DNA from: Eledone cirrhosa
Taxonomy: Eukaryota
Assembly: GCA_964016885.1 (NCBI GenBank)
Contig: CAXHJY010000646.1
Coordinates: forward strand, 1 to 64,000
Length of the DNA: 64,000 nucleotides
Direction of reading: 5' to 3'
Shown here: one piece after another, positions 14,342 to 26,155 of the stretch
How positions within the stretch are numbered: the first letter of the stretch is position 1
Layout: every line of letters begins with the position of its first letter
Translations under genes and position numbers: made by a program
The notes under the pieces: generated by a model
Databases searched by the model: none
What the model was told of the DNA's origin: nothing
Seen by the model: the letters and a program-made list of their open reading frames with translations, nothing else

Positions 14342-14445
14342 TTAACTTTGCTTTTCTCCCCTATGGTGGGAGGGTGTCAATAAAATAAAGTACCAGTAAT
14401 ACACTGAGATAATTGCTGGCCTTGTGCCAAAAGTAGAAACAATTA
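14342..14445 (+). mobile_element. SINE family A 3' half (5' remnant at ~11111-11125), split by the MITE
   Basis: TTAACTTTGC...ATAAAATAAAGTACCAGTAAT...ATAATTGCTGGCCTTGTGCCAAAAGTAGAAACAATT followed by (ATT)n. Confidence 0.85.
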
Positions 14446-14653
14446 TATTATTATTATTATTATTATTATTATTTGGATGAAATTATTAGGGCATCCATGG
14501 AAGTGCTTATGTGGTTCAACTTTGCATTTCATCCTTCTGTGGTGATGATACACTTGCCCCAGTCCAGTAGACCCTTGGTGGGACCATGGTGGTTGTATTC
14601 GATGTCTCTATGGATAGTTGATTCTATATTTCTCTTAGAATGGTGAGACTATA

Positions 14654-14776
14654 ACCTCTGATGAGTATTCTTAGTCTTATGTGGTTTAATTATAATTGAT
14701 AGTTTGTTTTCAATGATCGATTACATAGATTGATTTTAAGCTACACTCTACAGAATATAAAATAGTGCTATAAGGT
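14654..14776 (+). ncRNA. Degenerate type I hammerhead ribozyme motif (G12A), long stem II
   Basis: ACCU-CUGAUGA-GUAUUCU...AGAAUAU-AAAA-UAG-ug-CUA-UA-AGGU. All three stems pair; GAAA reads AAAA. Confidence 0.6.
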
Positions 14777-14852
14777 CTCTCTAATGATTCCATCTTCTCT
14801 GAAATGTGTATTTGGTATATATACAATATACTGTTACCTGTAAGATACATGG

Positions 14853-14957
<105 letters not shown>

Positions 14958-15082
14958 CATATATCTTTTAAATTTGATTATTATGGCTCTAGATAAAGTC
15001 TATTGAGCTCGTTTATTGAGAAACACCAAATTCTAACATATTTGATATGTTTTGGTTCATTATTTGTATGTGTATATATATA

Positions 15083-15376
15083 TCATCATCATCATCAACG
15101 TTTAACGTCCGTGTTCCACACTTGCATGGGTTTGGACGGGGGTTTTACCACTTGAGGCAAGAGTGATTGTCTTGCTCGCATAGGACTGTCTGGCAGGTTT
15201 TCTACAGTTGGATGCCCTTCCTAACACCAACCACATTTACAGTGTGGGTCTGGGAGGTTTTTACCGTGTTGCCTACACGGCCACATTACAGCGTGGACTG
15301 TGCGTTTTTTGTCGTGACACCTACACGATCTCATTTGTTTCGGCCTGAATGGTGTGGCACCAACATAACTTTACAG
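15083..15376 (-). mobile_element. RTE-tail/SINE 3' module ending in (GAT)n
   Basis: Near-identical reverse complement of 63423-63718; contains GTTGGTGTTAGGAAGGGCATCCA. Confidence 0.85.
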
Positions 15377-15409
<33 letters not shown>

Positions 15410-15418
15410 GTATATATA

Positions 15419-15887
15419 AGGTAAATAGAAATAACAACACAATCGATACAGTATATGGAAGGTATATATTAGGTTAACGCTTGATATAGCAGGAAGAGGG
15501 TCTTAACGTTTCGGACGCTAGTCCTTCATCAGAAGAAAGAATGAGAAATAAAATAGATTGAGGGGACGGGCGGGTTGGAATTGGAAAAAATGTCTTTAGA
15601 TAAAAATAACAGGTCCATTCATGTTGACATCTCTTGGAAAACTGTTGGTGCTGGCGTTTTGTGTATGATTTATTTTTTAGAAAAGTGGATGATGGAGCGC
15701 GTCTACCTGAAATGGGAAAAAAAACAAAACGTTTTGTAAAACGAGCTAAACTTGTGAGTAAAAGAGTGTGTGCTTGTAAGTAAGAAACTATGAGCAAAAG
15801 TATGTAAATATAAGGGTGTGTGTGTATACAGAGCAGTGAAGGGAAAAAGGAGTGTGCATAGTTTGTTGGTCTGTATTGGTTGTAAGA

Positions 15888-15959
<72 letters not shown>

Positions 15960-16010
15960 GTTTGATTATGTGTAATAAGGCCAAGACAATGCAGGTATGG
16001 ACATAGAAAA
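15419..16010 (-). mobile_element. HHR-bearing dispersed non-coding element (Penelope pLTR-like), copy 1
   Basis: Colinear with 23343-23915; carries a minimal HHR near its 3' end on the minus strand. Confidence 0.7.
15501..15536 (-). ncRNA. Minimal type I hammerhead ribozyme
   Basis: UCUU-CUGAUGA-A-GGAC-uagc-GUCC-GAAAC-GUU-AAGA. Core intact; stem III is the loopless palindrome AACGUU. Confidence 0.85.
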
Positions 16011-16072
16011 AAGAATGCAATAGTGAAAGATATTGATGTGAATTCATCTTTCACCTTGAATTTATTTAAATG

Positions 16073-16110
16073 TCCTTAATTTTCGAGATAATATCTCTTC
16101 TTCGGAGGGA
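16073..16110 (-). ncRNA. Degenerate minimal hammerhead motif (U4C)
   Basis: CCU-CCGAAGA-A-GAGAU-auu-AUCUC-GAAAA-UUA-AGG. Confidence 0.5.
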
Positions 16111-16356
16111 AGTAAAGGTCTCAAACCAGCGTCTTTAAATCCTCTATATATATATATATATATAAATAAAAATTATCACTCTACATGGCTGAATACAATA
16201 AATATAATCTGAGGTTTCCGAATATTAATAATAATATTCGATTCGTTTGCAATTATGCAAGAATGAGGGACTCGTTCTACTGACATGGCTTTAAAAAAAG
16301 GTTGTTTGTGTAATTGCAAACAAATCGAATAAAACTCAGATTACATTTATATATAT

Positions 16357-17640
16357 ATGTATAATAAGCCACTATACTTAGCCTTTGTCGACCTAGAGAA
16401 GGCCTTTGATAGGGTACCCTCTTCTGTCATCTGGTGGTCCCTAGGTGTTGAGGAATGGCTTGTGAGGACAGTGCAAACTTTGAACAGAGGTACTCTCAGT
16501 AAAGTCAGGGTAGGAATGGAGTTTAGTGAGGAATTCCAGGTACAAGTAGGAGTACATCAAGGTTCGGTCCTCAGCCCGCTCTTGTTCATTATAGTCCTCC
16601 AAGCCATAACAGAGGAGTTTAAGACTGGCTGTTCATGGGAACTTCTCTATGCTGATGATCTGGTTCTTATAGCAGAATCAGTAGAGGAGCTAGAGAATAA
16701 ATTCTGGTTATGGAAACAGCACTTTGAATCAAGAGGACCGAGAGTGAACCTAGCTAAGACAAAAGTGTTGATGAGTAGAAAAGAGGACAGAACTCTGATT
16801 CCGTCAGGGAAATGGCCATGTTCGATATGCAGAAAAGGAACGGGCATAAATTCTATAAAATGCACACAATGCAGATCCTGGGTACACAAGAGATGTAGTG
16901 GGAAAGCAGGCAAGCTAACAGGTAGGGAGAAATACGTATGCAGTAGATGCACAGGGAAAATAGACAGTAGAAGTCGCATTGATAGACATAGACACACTTT
17001 TCAAATGCAGGAGGGCGCTATAGAAGTGGTGGATAGCTTCCGGTACCTAGGAGATCAGATTAGCATGGGTTGAGGGTGTTCCGAGGCCATAGTATCTAGA
17101 ATAAGGACGGGTTGGAAGAAGTTTAGGAAGCTGCTTCCTCTACTGACGAAGAAGGGTTTCTCCCTGCGTCCGAAAGGCCGGTTGTATGATGCCTGTGTGA
17201 GGATCGCGATGCTGCATGGTAGTGAGACATGGGCAGCAACCGCAGAGGATATGCGACGGCTGGAGAGAAATGAGGCAAGCATGCTCCGTTTGATGTGCAG
17301 TGTAGATGTGCGTGAACGACCCAGCGTATATGTGTTGAGAGAGAAACTGTGTCTGAGAGGGATAGAATGTAGTGTACGGGAGAGGAGACTGAGGTGGTAT
17401 GGACATGTGATGCGCATGGAATATGACCGATGGGTGAAGCAGTGCCAGGAATTGCCAGTTGAAGGAAGACGTGGTAGACCACGAAAAACATGGGCGGAGG
17501 TGGTGAGAACAGACCTCAGATCATTGAAGCTCACGGTGGAGATGACGAAGGACCGTGACGAGTGGAGAGATGCTGTGCTGAATAAGACCCGTCCCACCCT
17601 TGCAAGCAGGGAAAAGTGGATGCAAGATGATGATGATGAT
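16357..17640 (+). mobile_element. 5'-truncated RTE-clade LINE: RT domain, Cys/His finger, C-terminus and (GAT)n tail; one in-frame stop at 17071
   Basis: AFVDLEKAFD, GVHQGSVLSPLLF, LYADD, RRLRWYGHV, GRPRKTW motifs. Confidence 0.95.
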
Positions 17641-17790
17641 ATGTATATATATATATTATATATATATATATTTATATATATATAAATATATATATATGTA
17701 ATATAAGTTTACCCGGGTTCAATCGTCAGGGTAACCACAGTATGTAAGGTATATATATAGCAGAGTATAAATATTTAATATAGAAGCCCT

Positions 17791-17839
17791 GCTTCTTGAT
17801 GATTTCTCCCAAATGAAACAGTTCTAGTTCTGTAGAAGC
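17791..17839 (+). ncRNA. Type I hammerhead motif, family H2 (C3U)
   Basis: GCUUC-UUGAUGA-UUUCUCCCAAAU-GAAACAG-uucuaguu-CUGUA-GAAGC; paralog of 61209 and 61949. Confidence 0.7.
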
Positions 17840-17963
17840 CATTTCTACATTAAATATATTTAATATATGTGGTTAGAAAAAGCTATCTCACTTACCGCTT
17901 TTCACAGGCGCCGCTCTCCGGCCACCGCATGCCACACCATACCCACAATATATATAGTTATCC

Positions 17964-18014
<51 letters not shown>

Positions 18015-18780
18015 CAATAACAGAGATAGTTTAAAGCTAAACTCTGACTGGTAACCATCTCACTCAACAAACATTAGGTTATATTAAAATATAAACCCAA
18101 TTTAAGTGTTTGGGGTGCTAACAAAATGTACAATGTGGAAAAACCAGTTGTATTATTTCATGAGATATAATTAAAGTTAAAGTATATCTATATATATGTG
18201 TATATATATATATAGAGAGAGAGATGAAGGGAATATAAAGTGAGATATAGACAGATAAGCAGCAATATAGGTATATCATCATAAGGCAATAGAGCAGCTA
18301 TGTGGTTAATGCCTATACCTTCAGGTGAACCAATACTGCTAGATGGAAACTGTGAAAGCCTGTTGAGGGCCTTTTATTTTAGGATCATCCTGTATCAGTA
18401 TGTGCTCTTCTTTTATCTTGATTTAATTGCCATCTTTGTTGAAGAACCCCTACATTGTTTTCTTCCACTTTACCCCAATCCCCCAAAAGCTCCCTTTATT
18501 GATAAGCAGCTAGTGGTATACTAGAATGATCAATGCTGTTCATATCCCCCCCCCCCCCGAACTGTTTTTGGCCTCTAGTAGACAGCTGATAAGTATATAT
18601 GATTTTGTCTGTCTCCTGTGCTAATTGTCATGTATGTATCTGTATCTGTATCTGTGTGTGTGTGTCTGTGTGTCTCTCACTGCCTGTATTAGTATCTATG
18701 TAACCTAACTGTTGGTTTCACCAAGGTCAACAAAAACCAGTTCTAGCTTCAAAAAGAAAAGTACTGGTTGATGAAATCCC

Positions 18781-21700
18781 TTCAAGGTAGTGCTCCAGTA
18801 TGGCCACAGTCTAATGACTGACACCAGTAAAACAGTACTGAGGTTGATATGGTAGACTATATCAAGGTAGTGCCCCAGTATGGCCACAGTCTAATGACTG
18901 ACACCAGTAAAACATTACTGAGGTTGATATGGTAGACTATATCAAGGTAGTGCCCCAGTATGGCCACAGTCTAATGACTGACACCAGTAAAACAGTACAG
19001 AGATTGATATGGTAGACTATATCAAGGTAGTGCTCCAGTATGGCCACAGTCTAATGACTGACACCAGTAAAACAGTAGTGAGGTTGATATGGTAGACTAT
19101 ATCAAGGTAGTGCTCCAGTATGGCCACAGTCTAATGAATGACACCAGTAAAACAGTACTGAGGTTGATATGGTAGACTATATCAAGGTAGTGCCCCAGTA
19201 TGGCCACAGTCTAATGACTGACACCAGTAAAACAGTACTGAGGTTGATATGGTAGACTATATCAAGGTAGTACCCCAGTATGGCCACAGTCTAATGAATG
19301 ACACCAGTAAAAGAGTAGTGAGGTTGATATGGTAGACTATATCAAGGTAGTACCCCAGTATGGCCACAGTCTAATGACTGACACCAGTAAAACAGTACTG
19401 AGGTTGATATGGTAGACTATATCAAGGTAGTGCCCCAGTATGGCCACAGTCTAGTGACTGACACCAGTAAAACAGTACTGAGGTTGATATGGTAGACTAT
19501 ATCAAGGTAGTACCCCAGTATGGCCACAGTCTAATGACTGACACCAGTAAAACAGTACAGAGGTTGATATGGTAGACTATATCAAGGTAGTGCCCCAGTA
19601 TGGCCACAGTCTAATGACTGACACCAGTAAAACAGTACTGAGGTTGATATGGTAGACTATATCAAGGTAGTGCCCCAGTATGGCCACAGTCTAATGACTG
19701 ACACCAGTAAAAGAGTAGTGAGATTGATATGGTAGACTATATCAAGGTAGTGCCCCAGTATGGCCACAGTCTAATGACTGACACCAGTAAAACAGTACAG
19801 AGGTTGATATGGTAGACTATATCAAGGTAGTGCCCCAGTATGGCCACAGTCTAATGACTGACACCAGTAAAACAGTAGTGAGGTTGATATGGTAGACTAT
19901 ATCAAGGTAGTGCCCCAGTATGGCCACAGTCTAATGACTGACACCAGTAAAACAGTACTGAGGTTGATATAGTAGACTATATCAAGGTAGTGCCCCAGTA
20001 TGGCCACAGTCTAATGACTGACACCAGTAAAACAGTACTGAGGTTGATATGGTAGACTATATCAAGGTAGTGCCCCAGTATGGCCACAGTCTAATGACTG
20101 ACACCAGTAAAACAGTACTGAGGTTGATATGGTAGACTATATCAAGGTAGTGCCCCAGTATGGCCACAGTCTAATGACTGACACCAGTAAAACAGTACTG
20201 AGGTTGATATAGTAGACTATATCAAGGTAGTGCCCCAGTATGGCCACAGTCTAATGACTGACACCAGTAAAACAGTACTGAGGTTGATATGGTAGACTAT
20301 ATCAAGGTAGTGCCCCAGTATGGCCACAGTCTAATGACTGACACCAGTAAAACAGTACAGAGGTTGATATAGTAGACTATATCAAGGTAGTGCTCCAGTA
20401 TGGCCACAGTCTAATGACTGACACCAGTAAAACAGTACTGAGGTTGATATAGTAGACTATATCAAGGTAGTGCTCCAGTATGGCCACAGTCTAATGACTG
20501 ACACCAGTAAAACAGTACAGAGGTTGATATAGTAGACTATATCAAGGTAGTGCTCCAGTATGGCCACAGTCTAATGACTGACACCAGTAAAACAGTACTG
20601 AGGTTGATATGGTAGACTATATCAGGGTAGTGCCCCAGTATGGCCACAGTCTAATGAATGACACCAGTAAAACAGTACTGAGGTTGATATGGTAGACTAT
20701 ATCAAGGTAGTGCCCCAGTATGGCCACAGTCTAATGACTGACACCAGTAAAACAGTACTGAGATTGATATGGTAGACTATATTAAGGTAGTGCCCCAGTA
20801 TGGCCACAGTCTAATGAATGACACCAGTAAAACAGTAGTGAGGTTGATATGGTAGACTATATCAAGGTAGTGCCCCAGTATGGCCACAGTCTAATGACTG
20901 ACACCAGTAAAACAGTAGTGGGGTTGATATGGTAGACTATATTAAGGTAGTGCCCCAGTATGGCCACAGTCTAATGACTGACACCAGTAAAACAGTACTG
21001 AGGTTGATATGGTAGACTATATCAGGGTAGTGCCCCAGTATGGCCACAGTCTAATGAATGACACCAGTAAAACAGTACTGAGGTTAATATGGTAGACTAT
21101 ATCAAGGTAGTACCCCAGTATGGCCACAGTCTAATGACTGACACCAGTAAAACAGTACTGAGGTTGATATGGTAGACTATATCAAGGTAGTGCCCCAGTA
21201 TGGCCACAGTCTAATGACTGACACCAGTAAAACAGCAGTGAGGTTGATATGGTAGACTATATCAAGGTAGTGCCCCAGTATGGCCACAGTCTAATGACTG
21301 ACACCAGTAAAACAGTACTCAGGTTAATATGGTAGACTATATCAAGGTAGTGCCCCAGTATGGCCACAGTCTAATGACTGACACCAGTAAAACAGTACTG
21401 AGGTTGATATGGTAGACTATATCAGGGTAGTACCCCAGTATGGCCACAGTCTAATGACTGACACCAGTAAAACAGTACTGAGGTTAATATGGTAGACTAT
21501 ATCAAGGTAGTGCCCCAGTATGGCCACAGTCTAATGACTGACACCAGTAAAACAGTACTGAGGTTGATATGGTAGACTATATCAAGGTAGTACCCCAGTA
21601 TGGCCACAGTCTAATGAATGACACCAGTAAAACAGTAGTGAGGTTGATATGGTAGACTATATCAAGGTAGTGCCCCAGTATGGCCACAGTCTAATGACTG

Positions 21701-22912
21701 ACACCAGTAAAACAGTACTGAGGTTGATATGGTAGACTATATCAAGGTAGTGCCCCGGTATGGCCACAGTCTAATGACTCAAACCAGTAAAACAGTACTG
21801 AGGTCGATATGGTAGACTATATCAAGGTAGTGCCCCAGTATGGCCACAGTCTAATGGCTGACACTAGTAAAACAGTACTGAGGTTGATATGGTAGACTAT
21901 ATCAAGGTAGTGCCCCAGTATGGCCACAGTCTAATGACTGACACCAGTAAAACAGTACTGAGGTTGATATGGTAGACTATATCAAGGTAGTGCCCCAGAA
22001 TGGCCACAGTCTAATGACTGACACCAGTAAAACAGTACTGAGGTTGATATGGTAGACTATATCAAGGTAGTGCCCCAGTATGGTCACATTCTAATAACTC
22101 AAACCAGTAAAACAGTAGTGAGGTTGATATGGTAGACTATATCAAGGTAATGCCCCAGTATGGCCACAGTCTAATGAATGACACCTGTAAAACAGTACGG
22201 AGGTTGATATGGTAGACTATATCAAGGTAGTGCCCCAGTATGGCCACAGTCTAATGACTGACAATAGTAAAACAGTTCTGAGGTTGATATGGTAGACTAT
22301 ATCAAGGTAGTGCTCCAGTATGGCCACAGTCTAGTGACTGACACCAGTAAAACAGTACTGAGATTGATATGGTAGGCTATATCAAGGTAGTACCCCAGTA
22401 TGGCCACAGTCTAATGACTGACACCAGTAAAACAGTACTGAGGTTGATATGGTAGACTATATCAAGGTAGTGCCCCAGTATGGCCACAGTCTAGTGACTG
22501 ACACCAGTAAAACAGTACAGAGGTTGATATGGTAGACTATATCAAGGTAGTGCCCCAGTATGGCCACAGTCTAGTGACTGACACCAGTAAAACAGTACTG
22601 AGGTTGATATGGTAGACTATATCAAGGTAGTGCCCCAGTATGGCCACAGTCTAGTGACTGACACCAGTAAAACAGTACAGAGGTTGATATGGTAGACTAT
22701 ATCAAGGTAGTGCCCCAGTATGGCCACAGTCTAGTGACTGACACCAGTAAAACAGTACTGAGGTTGATATGGTAGACTATATCAAGGTAGTGCCCCAGTA
22801 TGGCCACAGTCTAGTGACTGACACCAGTAAAACAGTACAGAGGTTGATATGGTAGACTATATCAAGGTAGTGCCCCAGTATGGCCACAGTCTAATGACTG
22901 ACACCAGTAAAA
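18781..22912 (+). repeat. 80-bp tandem satellite derived from the 3' half of SINE family C, ~51 copies
   Basis: Unit contains AAGGTAGTGCCCCAGTATGGCCACAGTCTAATGACTGACACCAGTAAAA, which matches dispersed monomers at 28638, 33945(-), 38195(-) and 55490(-). Confidence 0.95.
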
Positions 22913-23264
22913 GAAAAGGCAGGAAAACAGCCAAACAATATTCTGTCAAGGTTGTTCTGTTTCTTAAATGTTTGTTCATCACTTTTTGTGTTGTTTTTGC
23001 TAAATGAGTGATCTATTGTTGATTTGTTTCAAAGTCAACAATGTCTTTATGATGTCTCCCTTTAAACTGATCACCCCTCTCCCTTTTCCTCTCCCTGGCC
23101 ATGATTCTACATGCCCCATGCTCAAAGACCTCCTTTCTCTCTAACCCCACCACCACCACACCACCATCAACATCATACTGGCCCATGTTTCTTGACAAGG
23201 GAGACAGGTGACAAAGGACAAATGAGAGACAGGGAGTCAGAGGGTTCATGGTACTAGTCATGAT

Positions 23265-23295
<31 letters not shown>

Positions 23296-23342
23296 GCGCG
23301 CGCACAAACACAAACACAAACACAAACACACGCACGCGTAAA

Positions 23343-23915
23343 AGGTAAACAGAAATAATAACACAATCGGTACAGTATATGGAAGGAATATATTAGGTTA
23401 ACACTTGATATAGCAGGAAGAGGGTCCTAACGTTTCGGACGCTAGTCCTTCATCAGAAGAAAGAATGAGAAATAAAATAGATTGAGGGGACAGGCGGGAT
23501 GGAATTTGGAAAAATGTCTTTAGATAAAAATAAGAGGTCCATTCATGGTGACATCTCTTGGAAAACTGTTGATGCTGGCGTTTTGTGTATGATTTGTTTT
23601 TTAGAAAAGTGGATGATTGAGCGCGTCTACCTGAAATGGGAAAAAAAAAAACTTTTTGTAAAAAGAGCTATACTTGAGCACGTGCGTAAGCATGAGTTTG
23701 TGCGTACGTGTCTGTGTGTGTGTGTTATTATACTTTTGTACGAAGCTAAGAAGAAATGTCCGTATATCTAAGTAAAAGAGTGTGTACATGTAAGTACGAA
23801 GCTATGAGGGTGTGTATGTGTGTATACAGAACAGTGGAGTGAGCATATATAGTCGGCCTGTGTTAGTTGTAAGAGAAGATGTTAATGATCAAGAGAAAGC
23901 TTTAGGAATCTAGGG
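23343..23915 (-). mobile_element. HHR-bearing dispersed non-coding element, copy 2
   Basis: Paralog of 15419-16010 with the same left end (AAGGTAAA.AGAAATAA.AACACAATCG.TACAG). Confidence 0.7.
23425..23460 (-). ncRNA. Minimal type I hammerhead ribozyme
   Basis: UCUU-CUGAUGA-A-GGAC-uagc-GUCC-GAAAC-GUU-AGGA. The A-to-G change in stem I keeps pairing as U-G. Confidence 0.85.
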
Positions 23916-23969
23916 ATGTGATAATGGACGGCGTACACACATATTCATATACATATTCATATATATATG

Positions 23970-24274
23970 AATGTCTGTGTGTAGGCGAGTTGAGAAAGAA
24001 ACTGGGTATAAGAGGGATAAGTTGTGGTGCACAGGAGAGAAGGCTGAGATGGTATGGACGTGTGATGCGCATGGAGGATGACTGCTGGGTAAAGAAGTAC
24101 CAAGAAATGCCAGTAGAAGTAGACCACGAAAAACATCGGCGGAGGTGGTGGGAGCAGACTTCAGATTGCTGAAACTCACCGAGGAGATGACAAAGGACCA
24201 TGACAAGTGGAGAGATGATATGCTACATAGGACCCGTCCAATCTTTGCAAATGAAATGATGATGATGATGATGA
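23970..24274 (+). mobile_element. RTE LINE 3' fragment with (GAT)n tail
   Basis: ELRKKLGIRGISC..QERRLRWYGRV; frameshifted. Confidence 0.85.
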
Positions 24275-24390
24275 TACATATATATATATACATATATACA
24301 TATATATATACATATATACATATATATACATATATACATATATATATATACATATATATATATATACATATATATAAATATATATATATA

Positions 24391-24720
24391 GCTTAGTGGT
24401 TAGAGCATTGGCCTTGCAATCGAAAGGTTGTGAGTTCAATTCTCAGACCGGGTGATGTGTTGTTTCCTTGAGCGAGACACTTTATTTCACATTGCTCCAG
24501 TTTACTCAGCTGTAGAAATGAGATGATAGGGAGTGGGGTCCCTATCATTCCACTGCAAAGTGGTCGTGGAGGTGCCACGGCAAAAAAGCACCCAGCACTC
24601 ACTGTAAATGATGTTGGTGTTAGGAAGGGCATCCAGCTGTAGAATCAAGCCAGAATCAGTTCCCGTCCCACCCTTGCAAGCAGGGAAAAGTGGACGTAAA
24701 ATGATGATGATGATGATGAT
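24391..24720 (+). mobile_element. tRNA-derived SINE, family B, with RTE-derived 3' tail
   Basis: A box TAGTGGTTAGAGC, B box GAGTTCAATTC, central CCTTGAGCGAGACACTTTAT; tail shared with the RTE at 17590-17640. Confidence 0.9.
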
Positions 24721-24794
24721 ATATAAGGAAAACAGATGAAATCGAAAATGCAACTGGCGTCTTATTTAAAAAATATATATATATTTATTTCGTT

Positions 24795-24831
24795 CCTTTA
24801 CCGGTTTCGCAGTTCTTCTGCTTTTCAAAAG
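24795..24831 (-). ncRNA. Minimal hammerhead motif with U3-A8 core variant
   Basis: CUU-UUGAAAA-GCAG-aagaa-CUGC-GAAAC-cg-GUA-AAG. Confidence 0.55.
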
Positions 24832-25376
24832 TAGAGTTGAGATGGAGGGCTGTGGTTTTTACCTCTCAAGCAAGTTTACAAACATAAGAAATATGTATAA
24901 GGATATTTACCACAACATATATATTCGGATATCACCATCAGTATATGCATTTTATATATGCATTTTATATAATTATCAGAATTATTCATTTTACAATATA
25001 AACAATTGTCATTTACTCATAGGATTAATAAGTAGTTATATTTACACTTTAAAGTATTATTATTTCGATTCTAATTTCGTAACTATATCATAATATATGT
25101 TGTTTCCCTATATATAATGTTAAATAAACATTATTAATCCATTTGGATAAAAAGAAAATAATATACGAAAAATGTAAACAAAGGGAGGTAATCCATATGT
25201 GATCATTTATATTATCTAGAAGATATTTTAAAATGCAAGTTCAGAAAGTTCTAGTTACACAATGGCCGTTCAAAAAATCGAACTTATGATAGTGAATCAC
25301 CTCATGAGATTAATTTACTATATAAAAAAATCCGATATACAATTTTAAGGTAAGGCAAAACATTATATATATAATA

Positions 25377-25567
25377 GGGCGGTGGATTGGCAGTATCGGT
25401 AGAGAGTCGGACGCCATGCTTTGACGCATAGAGTTACGGCCCTTGTCATTCTGAGTTCAAATCCCGCCGAGGTTAACTTTGCCTTTCATCCTTACGGGGT
25501 CGATAAAGTAAAGTACCAGTAATGAACTGGATAATTGCTGGCCTTGTGCCAAAAGTAGAAACTATTA
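25377..25567 (+). mobile_element. tRNA-derived SINE family A, full length
   Basis: TGGCAGTATCGGTAGAG A box, GAGTTCAAATCCC B box, CORE-like CTTTCATCCTTACGGGGTCGATAAA.TAAAGTACCAG, (ATT) tail. Confidence 0.9.
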
Positions 25568-25973
25568 TATATATAATAACAATAATTTAAGAATTATCAA
25601 TAATAATAGTCCATAATTTTTTTTCCTCTTAGTCAGTATTTTTTTCTAAATTTGTATGATGCTTGAAATGTTTTTCCAGATTTATGGAGACAAGTTGCAA
25701 ATAATTCGTTTTTTTTTTGTTAATTAAATTACCATAATTGGTAATTATTAATAGAGTTTCTAAATTTCAAAGATTGCAATTTAGTGAGATGGAAGCGTTC
25801 CGATAGAAATTGAGTATTTAATATTTTTCTCTTTTAAAGACCATATTAATTGTGATAATGAAGTAGAAAGTTTTTTATCTGGATTTGAGAAAGAATGTTT
25901 ATGATTGGAAAAGCAAAACTTAAAGTTCAATGAAGTGGCACCAATGTAGTTATAAGTATTATTATTATTTGTC

Positions 25974-26155
25974 TCAGTATCGGTAGAGGGTCGGGCGCCA
26001 TGCTTTGTAGCGTAGAGTTACGCCCCTTTATATGTTCTGAGTTCATATCCCTCCGAGGTTAACTTTGCCTTTCATCCTTACGGGGTCGATAAAATAAAGT
26101 ACCAGTAATGTACTGGGATAAATGCTCACCTTGTGCCAAAAGTAGAAACAATTAT
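25974..26155 (+). mobile_element. SINE family A, slightly 5'-truncated
   Basis: High identity to 25377-25567. Confidence 0.9.

Noticed and set aside
17888-17960. GC-rich minus-strand segment followed by GTAAGT, a possible exon
   Set aside because: No recognisable protein, no clear acceptor and no partner exons.
18781-22912. CRISPR-like regular palindromic repeats (also 51611-55456)
   Set aside because: There are no unique spacers or cas genes, and the context is eukaryotic; these are pure tandem arrays.
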